Shown here one piece after another: positions 26,638 to 39,220 of a DNA stretch of 64,000 nt. A model generated the notes under the pieces. The model made no database searches. It had not been told where the DNA came from and saw nothing but the letters and a program-made list of their open reading frames with translations. The position numbers were made by a program, and so were the translations under genes. The DNA is from Flaccisagitta enflata. Its lineage: Eukaryota. How positions within the stretch are numbered: the stretch's first letter is position 1; each line of letters opens with the position of its first letter. The DNA is taken from assembly GCA_965153355.1 (NCBI GenBank), contig OZ231126.1:32488001-32552000 (forward strand), in the 5' to 3' direction.

Positions 26638-26903
26638 ATCATCTCTGTTCCTTTTCTACAGATGGAGAAGCAAGACTATGGCCACGCGGACAATTTCCGC
26701 GTGGCGAAATGGATGGAAGTGAGGGAGAAGGCACTTAACAATGAATATCATCTGTAATCATCTGTATCTCCTTTCTTTACAGATGGAGAAGCAGGATTAT
26801 GGCCACGCGGACAGTTGCCGCGTGGCGAAAAAGATGGAGATGAGGGGGAAAACGGCCCAACAAGACTACTATGCGTAATCATCTGTTTCTTTTTTCTTTA
26901 CAG
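26638..26903 (+). repeat. Two further 121-bp duplicates of acceptor + start-exon 5' part (31-aa ORFs 26662-26757 and 26783-26878)
   Basis: tacag|ATGGAGAAGCA.GA.TATGGCCACGCGGAC with ATG at 26662, 26783 and 26904. Confidence 0.92.
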
Positions 26904-27056
26904 ATGGAGAAGCAAGACTATGGCCACGCGGACAGTTACCGCGTGGCGACGAAGACAGAGATGAGGGAGAAAGCGCCACAACAAGGACGTCAGGGAAGAA
27001 GAGTCGCGGGACAAAAACCCAAGGAGGAAACCAAAAAGGATGTCACGCAACTCAAG
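26904..27056 (+). CDS. Na+/K+-ATPase alpha-like (P2C), coding exon 1
   Basis: MEKQDYGHADSYRVAT...KKDVTQLK|gtac; resembles the invertebrate alpha N-terminus (..ADSYRVAT..LDDLK); 153 nt, phase 0 into the next exon. Confidence 0.85.
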
Positions 27057-27531
27057 GTACGAGTCGCCTAACGATAGTAAAGTCTACTGGTCTATTCACG
27101 GGGATTCTTTCAGCGACAGTATCTCTCCATCGCGAATTCACCCTTAAAGTTAAAACTATCCAATGATTTGTGAACTTTGCCCCAAAGCAATAAAGATTGT
27201 TTACATTTAATCCTCATTTTGTCTCTATGAAGAAAATAAGATTATAGATTGCTCTGAGGGACCAACGATAAACGCCTTTAGACAGTAGTTGTATCAATGC
27301 GCATTGAGTCCATATCATTAATAACAACCTAAATCATATCTAAAATTTTCGCCCAATTTTCAACATCACTTAATTGCGTTGAGGCGAAAATGAGAATGAA
27401 AAAAACTGCAACATGCAAATAAAGCCTACCCCCTTCTTCTACTCCTCCCTGTTCTGTCTATTCATGCTATTCATGAATAAACTTTTTCGAGTTCACAAGA
27501 TCAATTCATACGTTAACTTAAAATTTTTAAA

Positions 27532-27712
<181 letters not shown>

Positions 27713-27903
27713 GAGGAGTTCGGCATGGATGAGCACATGATTCCCCTTCCTGAGTTGTATCATCGCCTCGGCATTGACCCAAACGCTCCTGGCTTAGAAG
27801 ATGACGAAGTCGTGGAAATTTACATGAAAAATGGCCCCAACATCCTCTCACCCCCCAAAACCCCCACAGAAGCCAAAAAGTATCTCAAAATCGTCTTTTC
27901 AGG
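27713..27903 (+). CDS. Na+/K+-ATPase alpha-like, exon 2
   Basis: ag|EEFGMDEHMIPLPELYHRLG...GPNILSPPKTPTEAKKYLKIVFSG|gtaag, cf. MDDH..GPNALTPP..PEW.KF...LFGG. Confidence 0.92.
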
Positions 27904-28239
27904 GTAAGATTTGAGGGACAGAAAAACAGCTGATGTTGTATTTACATGATTGAAATGGCCGGAGGAATTATTTAGGTTGAAATATTGAGATGAAAATTTG
28001 ATGGTGATAACACTGAAGTGCTCAAACCTTTAATATGATATGATAGGAATTTTGCATCAAGGACAACAGACAAGCCATCGCCCAGGTTCTGAGCTCTAAG
28101 TTATTTCATTTCCAGTTTACATCAACTGTACCTATCATTTTAGTCGTTAAGTCGTCTTCGGGGATGTCTGTCTGCCTGCGTCTACCAATTTTGACCAAGC
28201 TTTAATAATCATCCGAATTCGTTAATTGTCCTTCATCAG

Positions 28240-28404
28240 CTACAACATTTTGTATTGGATCGCGGTGTTCCTAAGTTTGGTGATCTTCGGCACTCACGCG
28301 ACTCGAGTTGAACAGCCAGATTACGAGTTTCTTCACATCGCATCATTGCTCGTTGTCATCATCCTCGTTTCGTCCATCTTCAACTATTTCCTTGATACAA
28401 GAAG
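28240..28404 (+). CDS. Na+/K+-ATPase alpha-like, exon 3 (TM1-TM2)
   Basis: cag|YNILYWIAVFLSLVIF...EQPDYEFLHIASLLVVIILVSSIFNYFLDTR|gtaag; phase consistent. Confidence 0.9.
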
Positions 28405-28624
28405 GTAAGAGGGTGGGAAAGAGAAAGACAAGCATGAAAATGGACTGATGGCTTCTTGCTGTCAACATCCTGACATTGTCCGTTAAGGAATTTCCTGAGG
28501 CATTGGGAAGTATCATTATTAACACATGGAAAATTGGTACATTGGATCCTCATTTTGCATTTTACATTTTGCTTTGTCCATTTGTATCATATCTCAGTTA
28601 TCGCTCCAAGGCTTCATTGTTCAA

Positions 28625-29254
28625 TTTTTGGGCAGCGGCCTTGAAGTCCTGTTGAACACATGGGGGACTTTTGTTTGTCTGTTCATCCATCCATCCATTC
28701 ATCACCTTCTGGTCCTCTCAAGCCTAACATCTTGCCTTTCAGGCCTGAAATTTTCCCTCTCAGGCCTGAAATTTGCCCTCTCAGGCCTAAAATGTGACCT
28801 CTTAGGCCTGAAATCTGCTCTCTCAGGCCAGAAATTTGTCCTCTCAGGACTCAAATCTGGCCCCTCAGGCCTTAAGTCTCAGGCCTCAAATCTAGCCTCT
28901 CAGGCCTCAAATCTAGCCTTTCGGGCCCCTAATCCAGCCGTTCAGGACTCAAATCAGTCATCTCAGCCTCAAATAAGCCTTACATCTTCCCTCACAGATT
29001 CAAGGCCTGAGAGGGCAGGTTTCAGGCCTGAGAGGGTAGATTTCAGGCCTGAGAGGGTAGATTCCAGGCCTGAAGGGGCCTGGGCGGGATGGTTGGACCG
29101 ATGTACGGATGGATGGACGAAGAAAAGTCCCTCTGTGTTCTACAGGATTGTACCCTTTGGGGCCGCTGCCCTGCTTCCTCTCATTCCAACTCACAATCAT
29201 GCAAAGCAGGGTAACGGGTATCGCTGACCACATATTACCCTTGGGCGACCTGTT
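28625..29254 (+). mobile_element. Family A short element (intronic)
   Basis: Same inverted repeats and 3' tail as 15134-15653; 21-bp tcaggcctgaaat minisatellite. Confidence 0.7.
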
Positions 29255-29754
29255 TAGTTGCGTGCTATGAGACTCTACACGTACACCCCGCTCCATTTGT
29301 CCGTTGGTTGGTCTCATTTTGAGCAGTGGCCCAAATGGGCTGATGACCTATGCTTTTACTCATATGGGAGATTTTCTCCTCCTCCTCCTCTCTGCCCCCC
29401 CTCGAGGCTCAAATCTCTGCCTTGAGCCCCAAATCTAAGTTTTGAAGCTCAAATTCTAGTCCCAAGGCTCAAATCCCAGCTTTGAGGCTTGAGACCTAAA
29501 TTCTAGCCCCAAAAGGCCCAAAACCCAGCCTCATTGACCCCTACATGGCGGCTGCCCCTCTCATCCCCACTTACACTAACATTGGGGCAACGGGTACCGC
29601 TGACCATCTGATGCTTTTGCGACTATTTACTTTTTTGGCGTTTTTGTAGCTCTCTGCTCCTGCCCAAATGCCCCAGTAACCTTCCCCAACGTTGCCCCTG
29701 CCCACCCGCACGCGGCAAGGGTAGCCGTGTATCCGGCCTTGTTCATTGGAAATC

Positions 29755-29995
29755 CTTTCGTAGTTCTCACATAATGGCGTCACTGTTCACTTGTCTTTTG
29801 TTTCTCAGTTCCCACATAATGGCATCATTGTCCATCTGTCTTATATCTAATCATATACCATGTATCTTATCATTTCATAGTTATCACATGATGACGCGAT
29901 TATTCATTTGTTTCGCCTCTCTCAGTTCTCACATGATGGCATCATTGTTCATTTGTCTTTCTTTTTTTTTAAGTTCTCACATGATGGCGTCATTG
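29755..29995 (+). repeat. Five tandem copies of splice acceptor + first ~22 nt of ATPase exon 4
   Basis: ag|ttctcacat.atggc.tca-like units starting at 29764, 29809, 29881, 29926 and 29974. Confidence 0.9.
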
Positions 29996-30091
29996 GACAA
30001 TATGGCGCCTCGAACGGCGGAAGTTTATCGCGGCACAGAAATGACCACATGGGCAGAAGAAGTTGTAGTCGGAGACACAGTCTTGCTCAAG
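29974..30091 (+). CDS. Na+/K+-ATPase alpha-like, exon 4 (A domain)
   Basis: SHMMASLDNMAPRTAEVYRG..WAEEVVVGDTVLLK|gt, cf. SKIMESFKNMVP..A.VIR.G..AEEVVVGD. Confidence 0.9.
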
Positions 30092-30224
30092 GTGCAAAAA
30101 TGATCACGTTACACATGTTCTCGTGGCCGGGGGTGGTGAGGGTTCATCCATTCGTCCATCCGTTTATCCGTCTGTTGGTCAGTCAAGAAATGTAAAAATC
30201 TCCCAATTTCTATTCCGCTTTCAG

Positions 30225-30303
30225 CCTGGAACGATTGTACCAGCAGACATTCGGATTTTGACTTCAGATGGACTCAAGGTCGATAACAGCGCATTGACGG
30301 GAG
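30225..30303 (+). CDS. Na+/K+-ATPase alpha-like, exon 5
   Basis: cag|PGTIVPADIRILTSDGLKVDNSALTG|gtaag. Confidence 0.95.
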
Positions 30304-31299
30304 GTAAGAGATTTGGAAAAGTCAGTTGATCGACACAGGAGTTTGTGGCATAGTCAATGCTAAAGCCATTGGAAGGAATGAAACAAACACCTGTGCAAGA
30401 ATTATTGCAACAACATGCCATTTATCAATTTGTCTCCCCTTGAGCTATACTGAATTCACATATTTGATCAGGTTTGGTTATTTTTATGATAATACTAGAC
30501 AGAAAGAGAATTTTCAATCCCTTTTAGAAGTCGCAAGTTAGATCTATTAATTACAACTGAGAGGTAATTGTGTTCAGAGTATCAATTTTTGGGTTACTTC
30601 TATACCAAGATTTGACCAATATGCTTTTGAAATTAGACTTGAAATCCATGAGATTATTAGCCTTCAGCTCAAGATCTAACCAGTGGCGCAATCCGCATGA
30701 TTTTGTCTATGTTCAATCTGGTTTAAGAGTAGTTTAAAAGATGACAGTGTTTTTTGGTAATTTTGCAGACCCAAGAGAGATAAATCTTTTCACTGATTTT
30801 GTTATATCTTGGCTTTGTTTTAAGTAATTGGGATGTTATTCATGAGCAAAACGAAGCATTTTTCAAGTGCTAAAAAATTGTGAAAACCAAATTTCTACAT
30901 TTCTTTTCATTAAGGTTTGACTATCTTAAGAAGTTGTTGCAATAATTCTTGCACAGGTGTTATGATTCTATTCTGGCAAGAGAAAATCATTGGCTTTGAC
31001 AGTGTGATTCTATCGCAACTAGGAACTGTTACCCTTACACTAGGTTGATTTCATTGTCTAATACGTTCCATGAAGCGCCCCAAACTTCGACACTGACTCA
31101 CACCAACCTTACCATATGCTTGGTAAAAAAATATCCCCTGCAAAATCTCTTGCCTCTGAGACTGCAGAAACCTTTGCTAGGGTGACTATGAAGTTTCCAT
31201 AGAAATCTATGGCAGAGACAAAATTTGCATGATAGAAATGTTGATTCCAATGCTAATTCGATACAAACCTCAACCTCACCCTAACAAAAGTTCCTGCTA

Positions 31300-31476
31300 C
31301 AGTCAAACCCCGCTCTAACGGACCCGCCACCAACGGAATTCCGCCTATAACGGATGCAAATTCATGGTCCCTTCAATTTAATTTCTTTTATTTCCATTAT
31401 TGGCAATAACAGAAGTCCGCCTATAACAGAAGAAAATAGTTGGACCCCTGAAATCCGTTAGAGCGGGGTTCAACTG
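31300..31476. mobile_element. TA-flanked CAGT-terminal MITE (same family as 19066-19242)
   Basis: TA|cagtcaaaccccgctctaacgga ... tccgttagagcggggttcaactg|TA. Confidence 0.88.
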
Positions 31477-31829
31477 TATCTCAAAGGCCCAAAATTTTGC
31501 ATGGAATATTTTTTTACCAAGCCTCAACTGTGGTAAGATTGGTGAGAGCCATAGTGGAAGTTTGGGGCGCTTTACGGGACGTCTTGTTTACACGGTCTGT
31601 GATGCCTTTGCTTCACCTCGGTAAGTATTGTAGGTACAATAACGGTTTTAAATTTCTTTTTTCCCACTTATCGATAATGCAATGTTAAACTGCACTGGGA
31701 GCCAAATCTTGATTATAAGTCACGGAAATGCGACTCTACAAGCCAATGTTTGTGTTTTCCGCCCCTGCCCAACCGTCAGCGACGATTTGTTCGAGGGATG
31801 TCCTAGCTTTCTTTGTCTTTTGTTTTCAG

Positions 31830-31910
31830 ATCCGACACCAATGATGCGAAGCTCCGTTTCAACAAATGACAATCCTTTCGTCACCAGAAATCTCGTCTTT
31901 GCCTCAACTG
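31830..31910 (+). CDS. Na+/K+-ATPase alpha-like, exon 6
   Basis: ttttcag|(D)PTPMMRSSVSTNDNPFVTRNLVFAST|gttagt, cf. ESEPQTRS.DFTNENPLETRNIAFFST. Confidence 0.9.
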
Positions 31911-32192
31911 GTTAGTTTTTGAAACACAGAGAATGCCCATGTGCAATGTATTGCACAATGACCATGATTCAGATATGGAATTATTTGCACACTTACAATC
32001 ATACATACTTCAACATACACACAAACCGACTTCATATGCTTACTCAGTTCTTTTTTTTTTTTATACTACCTGTCTGCCATTTTGACTTTTTTTCTGTCTT
32101 TCTATTTACCTCTGTTGTTGTTTGTCTATCTGTCCCTCTCTGTCTGTCTATCTCTGTCTGTCTATCTGTCTGTCTGTCTGTCTCTCTCTCTC

Positions 32193-32253
<61 letters not shown>

Positions 32254-32269
32254 GCCTGTCACCTTGCAG

Positions 32270-32416
32270 TGGTGTTGGAGGGTGAAGGCAAGGGGTTGGT
32301 GATAGCGACTGGTGACAACACGGCAATCGGCAAAATCACCCAATTGACGGCTGAAGTCGGGATTGAAGAAACTCCACTCGCTGCCGAGTTGAGAATGTTG
32401 TTTGACACAACCGTCC
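32270..32416 (+). CDS. Na+/K+-ATPase alpha-like, exon 7 (last recognised)
   Basis: cag|(V)VLEGEGKGLVIATGDNTAIGKITQLT..EETPLAAEL|gtaagt, cf. VEG.ARGIV..TGDRTVMGRIA.L...TPIA.EI. Confidence 0.93.
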
Positions 32417-32788
32417 GTAAGTACAAACCCTGTTTTCACCGTCCAAACAATCGTATTCCTTACGAAATATTCTTATCTGGCCTAAAAATGATTCTATGAC
32501 CTAGACTTGGGACCATTCACCATTAGGGTGGTCACGAATTGGATAGAATCTTATATACTTATGCACTTGGGCCCTTTCCACAAATATCTGATTTCTCACA
32601 AGTTGGGGTCTCAAATCAAACAAAAAACCTTTTCGGCAAATCCCTAGGGTTGCTTTTGGAATTTTTTCATTGCCATAGGAGGCCTATAGTTTTGCCGACA
32701 TGGTTTAATCAGACCTCAGCTTATTGGAAAGCCTTCTTATTTGTCACATTTATGCAAAAAACAAGAGTATATCATTTTTTTTAAATTT

Positions 32789-33360
32789 GACACTATTCAC
32801 CATCCATTCAAACTACCGCCAGGTGGTTTTGAGTAGTACTCGGGATTTTCTTTCTTCTAGCGCTTTTTGAAAAAATTCAAAATTGATAATGTTTCATCAT
32901 ATTCTGCTTTCAGAATTTACAGGGCTAATAGGAAATATTTTTTTGAAAGGAGATTTGTATTCCTGATGAAATTTTCTTTTATTTGATAAGTCACACTATA
33001 TATTTTTGAAATAGAATAAAATTTTCAGATTTTTAGGTCCCATTGCAAAATATGGTAGTGGCTAAAAAATGAAATTTTCATTTTTTATGAAAATATACGG
33101 TGTGACCTATCAAATGAATGGAAATTTTATCAGGAATTCAAATGTTCTATCTAAAAAGACTTTCTAACAACCCAATAAATTTTAAGTGCAAGGTAAGATG
33201 AAAAATCATCAATTATGGATTTTTCTCAAAGGCGCCACATGAAAGATTTCTTTGAAGCTAGATCCTACTTCAGGAGGTCCATCTAGAGTGTAAACAAGCA
33301 AAAAATCTACCACTCAAAACCACCTGGTGGTAGTTTGAACAGATGGTGCATTGTTTGTCA
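32789..33360. mobile_element. Inverted-repeat (MITE-like) element
   Basis: caccatccattcaaactaccgccaggtggttttgagt mirrored by actcaaaaccacctggtggtagtttgaacagatggtg. Confidence 0.7.
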
Positions 33361-33401
33361 TATAATGCCACATCTGCGTAGTTTTGTGCTAAGCAACTCT
33401 T

Positions 33402-33914
33402 TATGAAAGTTGGACAACATTACTACTCCACACTATATAAAGGACAAGAGCCTTTGGAGCTCTTAATGGTGTTTAATCCGGACCCATCACAACTATCCTT
33501 AAAATTTCTGAAAGAAACTTCCCTTTTCAGAATTTATCACAAGACTTTTCAAAAGATATGTACCATTTAGAAAAGGGTCACCAATTCCTGTCTAAGCTTG
33601 AGATATGTAGACCACAAGAAAACACCTGATAAATATGGCGGACCGAAGGAGACCATATCCATCTGGGCACCTTCTCACACTCCCCATATACCAAAAATAG
33701 CAACTGAAACTCTCTCCCTCCTGAAACAACACTCATGAAATATCCTACGTCAACCCCAAATTTTCAAACTTAAAAACTGTAGTATTCATCCCAATGTTAC
33801 AGAAAAACAAATCACCTGAGGATGTATTAGATATCAAAAGATAAGCTAACCACCAGAGGCGATGCTGTAAAAAACCATACCCTTAGAGGTAAGAATCGAG
33901 GATCAACCTTATGG
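33402..33914 (+). repeat. Dispersed near-identical monomer of the 547-bp array unit
   Basis: tatgaaagttggacaac...gaggatcaaccttatgg. Confidence 0.95.
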
Positions 33915-34713
33915 TAGAGGGGAAACCAATCCGATCATAAACCCTCGGGGCACTTTTCCTCGGGTTGATATATTTTTCTAGGGACAGGAACCCCAAATTC
34001 AGTCTTTTTTAAAAAGAAAGGGGCGCCGCCGAATTATTTTTTATTTTTATGTTTTTCGCTTAAAAGAGACAAAGATAGCGACATACGTAATAAAGGGGAG
34101 ACAAAGATAGCGACAAAGAAATAACTACGAGGAAATCCCGAGCCTGCATAGATCATTTCAAATCAAAATGCGACAACCAAAAATGATAATTTAAAGATCA
34201 AAATTGTTTCAGTTACCTTCTAACATGCCTCCCACAACATTACCTACCTTTGCTTTTCTCATTTTTAGTTGCGGACACACAACTCTATAAGAGGCTTTGT
34301 CCGTCCATCCGTCCGTTGGTCCGTCCATCATGGTGATTGAGTTGAAAAGTGAGAAAACGAGCGTTTTCAATAACCATAGCTCTGTAACTAAAGCAGCTAG
34401 AAAGTTTTGGTTTGTTTCAGTGTGGAGATCTTTGTTGGTAAAGCCAATATTGTTTAGCAGCAGGTCATGAAATATTCCTTTCCCGAGCATAAACAGCGGT
34501 ATTTAATAGGGAAATTGCTCTTCTCTCAGAATTTTTGCAGACAGTTAACATTGGGAAAATTATTCATTTTGTTTCACTCGGTTGTTTTTGATAAGAAATA
34601 AAAAAATCTTACACAAAAATGACAGGTACGTCAAGCTCCATTTAATGATACCAAGTCTATTTTCCTGTCTGCTCTACATGGTTGGTAGGCAATCAAAATT
34701 AATTGAACGTTTT

Positions 34714-34908
34714 TAGTCGCGTGCACGCGACTCTACAACCCGCTTTGTCCGTCGGTCGGTCGGTTGGTCGGTTTGTCCGTCACACTTTACTTTTTTTTAT
34801 GATTTTACTTCTTTGACCTCACTGCTCCTGCCCAAATGGTCTGGGGACCTCAAATATGGCCCCTGCCCACCCGCACGCGACTTCGGTAGCTGTGTATCCG
34901 GCCTTGTT
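34714..34908 (+). mobile_element. Helentron/DINE-1-like short element (family B)
   Basis: tagtcgcgtgcacgcgact, (GTCG)n, cgcacgcgact, gtgtatccggccttgtt. Confidence 0.7.
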
Positions 34909-35212
34909 TTACGAAGACCTGGTACTTTTTATGTATAAAAGTTGAAATAATGTTGCCCTTACAAAAAAGGAGGCCAGAATTCTCCATTTTATGTTTGAGT
35001 GTTGGGATGGGTTGGGGTGTGGATGGTGATTGGATGCCCCTGCCCACCCGTCCAAAACGATATTGTGACCCCGCGTCACTTGTTTGGTTTCTCCTCTCCT
35101 CACTAGTCACTAATGGGGACTGACCGACAAACAGATGGACAAAGCCGTTTGAAGTTGCGTGCACGCGACTAGAAAAGGAAACTTGTCGGCAGTGAGAAAG
35201 CTCTGTTATTTC

Positions 35213-35266
<54 letters not shown>

Positions 35267-36166
35267 CGGACGGTAGGGCAGGAGCAACAATGCGAAAAAC
35301 GCTTGGAATTCAAAAATGTGACGTACCGACTTACCGACCTACCAACCAACACGGCAAGGTGTAGAGTCGCGTGTCCGCGACTAAAAACAAGGTCGTATAC
35401 ACTCCTCCTAGTCACGGAGGGGTGGGAGGGAGCGGAATAGCAAAAAAAAAATTCTAATTTTGTTTTGTTTATGGATGGACAGACTGACCCACACGGCAAG
35501 TTCTAGAGTTGCATGTCCGCGATTGAAAAAAAACAAACAAATAGCATGTCGGGGTGCAAAGAAAGACAAAATTTGATATGTCAACACATTTTTTTAATAT
35601 TCTAAATATTGTTTATTTACATCAATGAAAAATAATAATTGATTTTTATCAAAATTATTTTTGCACAGAAAAGCATTTCTTTACCCTAAGTAAAAAATGT
35701 AAAAATAAAGATCAGAAAAAGGACAGGTTTTTTTTTTTGAAAATTCTTCTTTAAAATCTGACATATCTTGGGTAAAATTACAACTCTGCTTAGAAATTCA
35801 AAAATTATCATTTTCAAAAACATGGCATCTTTTTAAAAACCTATGTGATAAGGGCCCCATATTGAAAAATGCAATATTTTGTAGAGTTATAATTTTCCTT
35901 AGCAATTTTCTTAACTTTTCCTTTTTTCTTATTGAATAACTTTAGTCTAAATGAATAAATATATATTTCTATGTACTGTTTTAATATTCTCAAAGAAATC
36001 AGAATAATAAAAATCTAAATTAAAGATTCTATAACCTACTAGGATAACTGAATATCACACTTTATTGTGACTGAAAATCAAATTTAGTCTTCATTTGCAC
36101 CGCGACATATATGGTATTCTGCAGTTGGCGTAATTCATGGAAACTCTCGATTTGTATTTGGCCGTC

Positions 36167-36256
<90 letters not shown>

Positions 36257-36343
36257 GGGCCTTTGTGATTGTATGGTCAAACAAAAAAAAAGAAAAAAAG
36301 ACATCTGAAAAAGATAATGTGTTTTAATCTTCAGCTTCGTGTA

Positions 36344-36434
<91 letters not shown>

Positions 36435-36646
36435 ACGGAACACGGGCGCAATGAATTTCCGTAACTTGTGTTTACACTGTTAATATTGATATGTAATTCA
36501 GTCGTGCCACGAGAAAGTTAGCAAAGTGAGTGAGCAAATCAGTGAAAAGAGCGAGCCAAGAAAGGGAGCGGGTCAAGCGAGTGGGTTGAACAAATAAGAA
36601 TGATAGCAAACTAGTGACCCGTTCAAAACGGGATTATCTCGTATAA

Positions 36647-37183
36647 CAGGGTGTGCAAAATTATCCGCAATTGTTTTTTGGGAAGAAAATGTTAAATTTG
36701 TACCAGAGTGCCTTAATTATTCATACAAGAAGCTGAGATTGATTGTAAGTATATTCTGTACCCCTTGTTACTATGGGAGTCAAATGATTTTGACAAGATT
36801 TTATTTCATAAGCAGAATAAGTTACGATATTGTAGATTTTTATAATTGTGACTACTCAATAATGATGTTTTTGCGTGGCACTCATTATGCTGAGAGAGGC
36901 AAATCATATCATCATGAATCGAGCTCACCAAAGCAAATAAACTAGGCCTAAAGAGCAAGAAAAACTGATAACAGAATTTCAGATTGTTTTAGTAAAACAT
37001 TTTAAGGATTTTTTTATTCAGGGTAAAATTTACCTAAAAGTTTTTTACTGACATTGTGAATTTTGATTTTATATACTAAAAAGGATACTATTTTATACTT
37101 AATATTCATACTTTCATAAATCTTTATATTGTAAGGTTTTTGCGACAAGTAAGTGCCAATTGCGGATAATTTTGCACACCCTG
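36647..37183. mobile_element. MITE with ~27-bp TIRs
   Basis: cagggtgtgcaaaattatccgcaattg ... caattgcggataattttgcacaccctg. Confidence 0.88.
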
Positions 37184-38097
37184 TTAAAAGCCATCAGTTT
37201 CCTGTTCTTCGTCACATACTTCGGCGGTCTTTCTACCCATACCTTAGGCTTAGCCAGTCAGTTGGTTGATTTCTCGTTATGTCGTTTGGTCCATCCTTGT
37301 TTAATTCTTTGGCGTTCTTTTGGCGTCTCACTGCCCATGTCAAAATATCCTGATGTCCTTTATATCACTGCCACTGTCCATCCGTATGTAAATAGGGTAG
37401 TCGCTTATTTGACTTTGCCCTGTCTCTTCCTGTCCATCCATTTATTTATCAAATCATATTCATCATTATATTTTTTTTCATTTATTTACATGTTTATGTC
37501 CACCCATTTATCTGTTCATTTTTCTTGCTTTGATTCTTTGATTAGAATCTAACTTTTTCTTGTCAATACACATGTTATTACAAGTAATTCAGCGAAAAGA
37601 GTCCGGGGTGTTTAAAATTTTTGACTTTATTCCCCCCCTGCATTTGATCTTTGATTTTTTTCCTCAAAGCTATAAAAAAGTATATCTTACGTTTAAATAG
37701 TGTTAGATTGTGTTGTAGTAATTAAATTATACCTTTTGGTATTGCCGAAAGTGTTTAATGTTAAGAGATTTTTTTTTCTTTTTTTCAAGCATTTGATTTT
37801 TTTCCCTATTTCCAAACCATTTGATTTCCCCCCTCACCAGGGGGGGGGGGATACTCAACATCATACATGCCTGAAAAGAGTTATTTGTATCTCCAAAAAT
37901 TGGAAAATTGAAAAATTATGGATGACTTTCAAAGAAGCATTTTTATCGCAATCTCGTCAATCTATTTCTCTTTTAGGTCGTGCACCCGCGACTTTGAAAG
38001 AGGCTTTGTCTGATGGTATATCCATTGGTACGTTTGTCCGTTTGTCCATCCATCATTCTGTCCATTAGTTGATTTGACCATCTGTTCTTCCAAATAG

Positions 38098-38177
<80 letters not shown>

Positions 38178-39220
38178 CGTAGGGGGCGGGGGGCAATTCT
38201 GAGAACGTAACCGAAGCAGTTACGGAAACATTTATAGCAACCAAAACAAGATTTCCCGTTGCAGTTGTGTGAGATTAAAAAAATTTTCAGGGTTAAAACA
38301 TTCACGCATTGTAAAAATGGTACAAAGTATAAATTTTTTCCAAGGCAGTTACAAGCAATGAAGAAATAAACAATATCTAATTGAATGGATTGAGAAGGAG
38401 ATTTTAGGTGCTTCCTCGCACTTCTTTTAGTGGTCATGTCTGTCGGTTGGTTGGCTGGTTGAACACACAAACACTTGAAATGCACGAACTGCATATCCAT
38501 TCTATAAACTCATTCATTCATCCATCCATTCATTCATTCATTCACCATGTTCATTCACAAACTTTTAATCAGCGGGGAGCACTTAGTGACCCTCTTTTGG
38601 CCTGGTTTATCAGAGAATCCTCGTTTTTTGCGAAATTCAAGAAGGTGAAAGATTTTTCATAGCTTTTATCAAGTTGCTGCAGATTTTTTTGTTTTTGCTG
38701 CAATTGCTACAAGTTGCCACAAATCCCAAAAGTTATAATATAGGTGTCATAACTCATTAGGTACACAAAGAATGAATTTCTTGAATTCCTCTTACACTAC
38801 TTGGCCGATGAAAGCGGTTCCAGTTAGAAAAGCTCAATTTGCGGCAAAATTGGGCATTTAGTGCTGCAACTTGCTGCAACTTGCTGCAACCTGTCACGTT
38901 CAACATAATACAGATCATTTTTCATCATTGCATGATGGTTAACAAGCTTTATTGACATAATTTGAGTCAATATCTAACTCTAATATGTGAAAGAGTTAAA
39001 GCGTTGTTAGTGACAAAAATGCTTCTAACATTGCTTTTTTAGCTGTTTGCAGCATTTCTGAGTTGCTGCAAAAATGACCATTGCGGCGCCCCTTTCTGGA
39101 CATTTTTAGTCTGTTTCTTGTTTCATTTTGTTGGAATATGGTCCATTACGCATTTTGACTGCCCCGTGGATATGGTAGAGAAAATATTTTGCTCTCCAAG
39201 CCTAGTTAATTCCCCCACTA

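Noticed and set aside
26662-26960. gccacgcgg hairpin followed by GAAA as possible tandem hammerheads or a CRISPR-like array
   Set aside because: No CUGANGA core, intervening sequences are homologous rather than unique, and the units are explained as duplicates of the ATPase start exon
37190-37250. AISFLFFVTYFGG as ATPase TM3 exon
   Set aside because: Weak similarity, poor acceptor at a MITE edge and no clear donor
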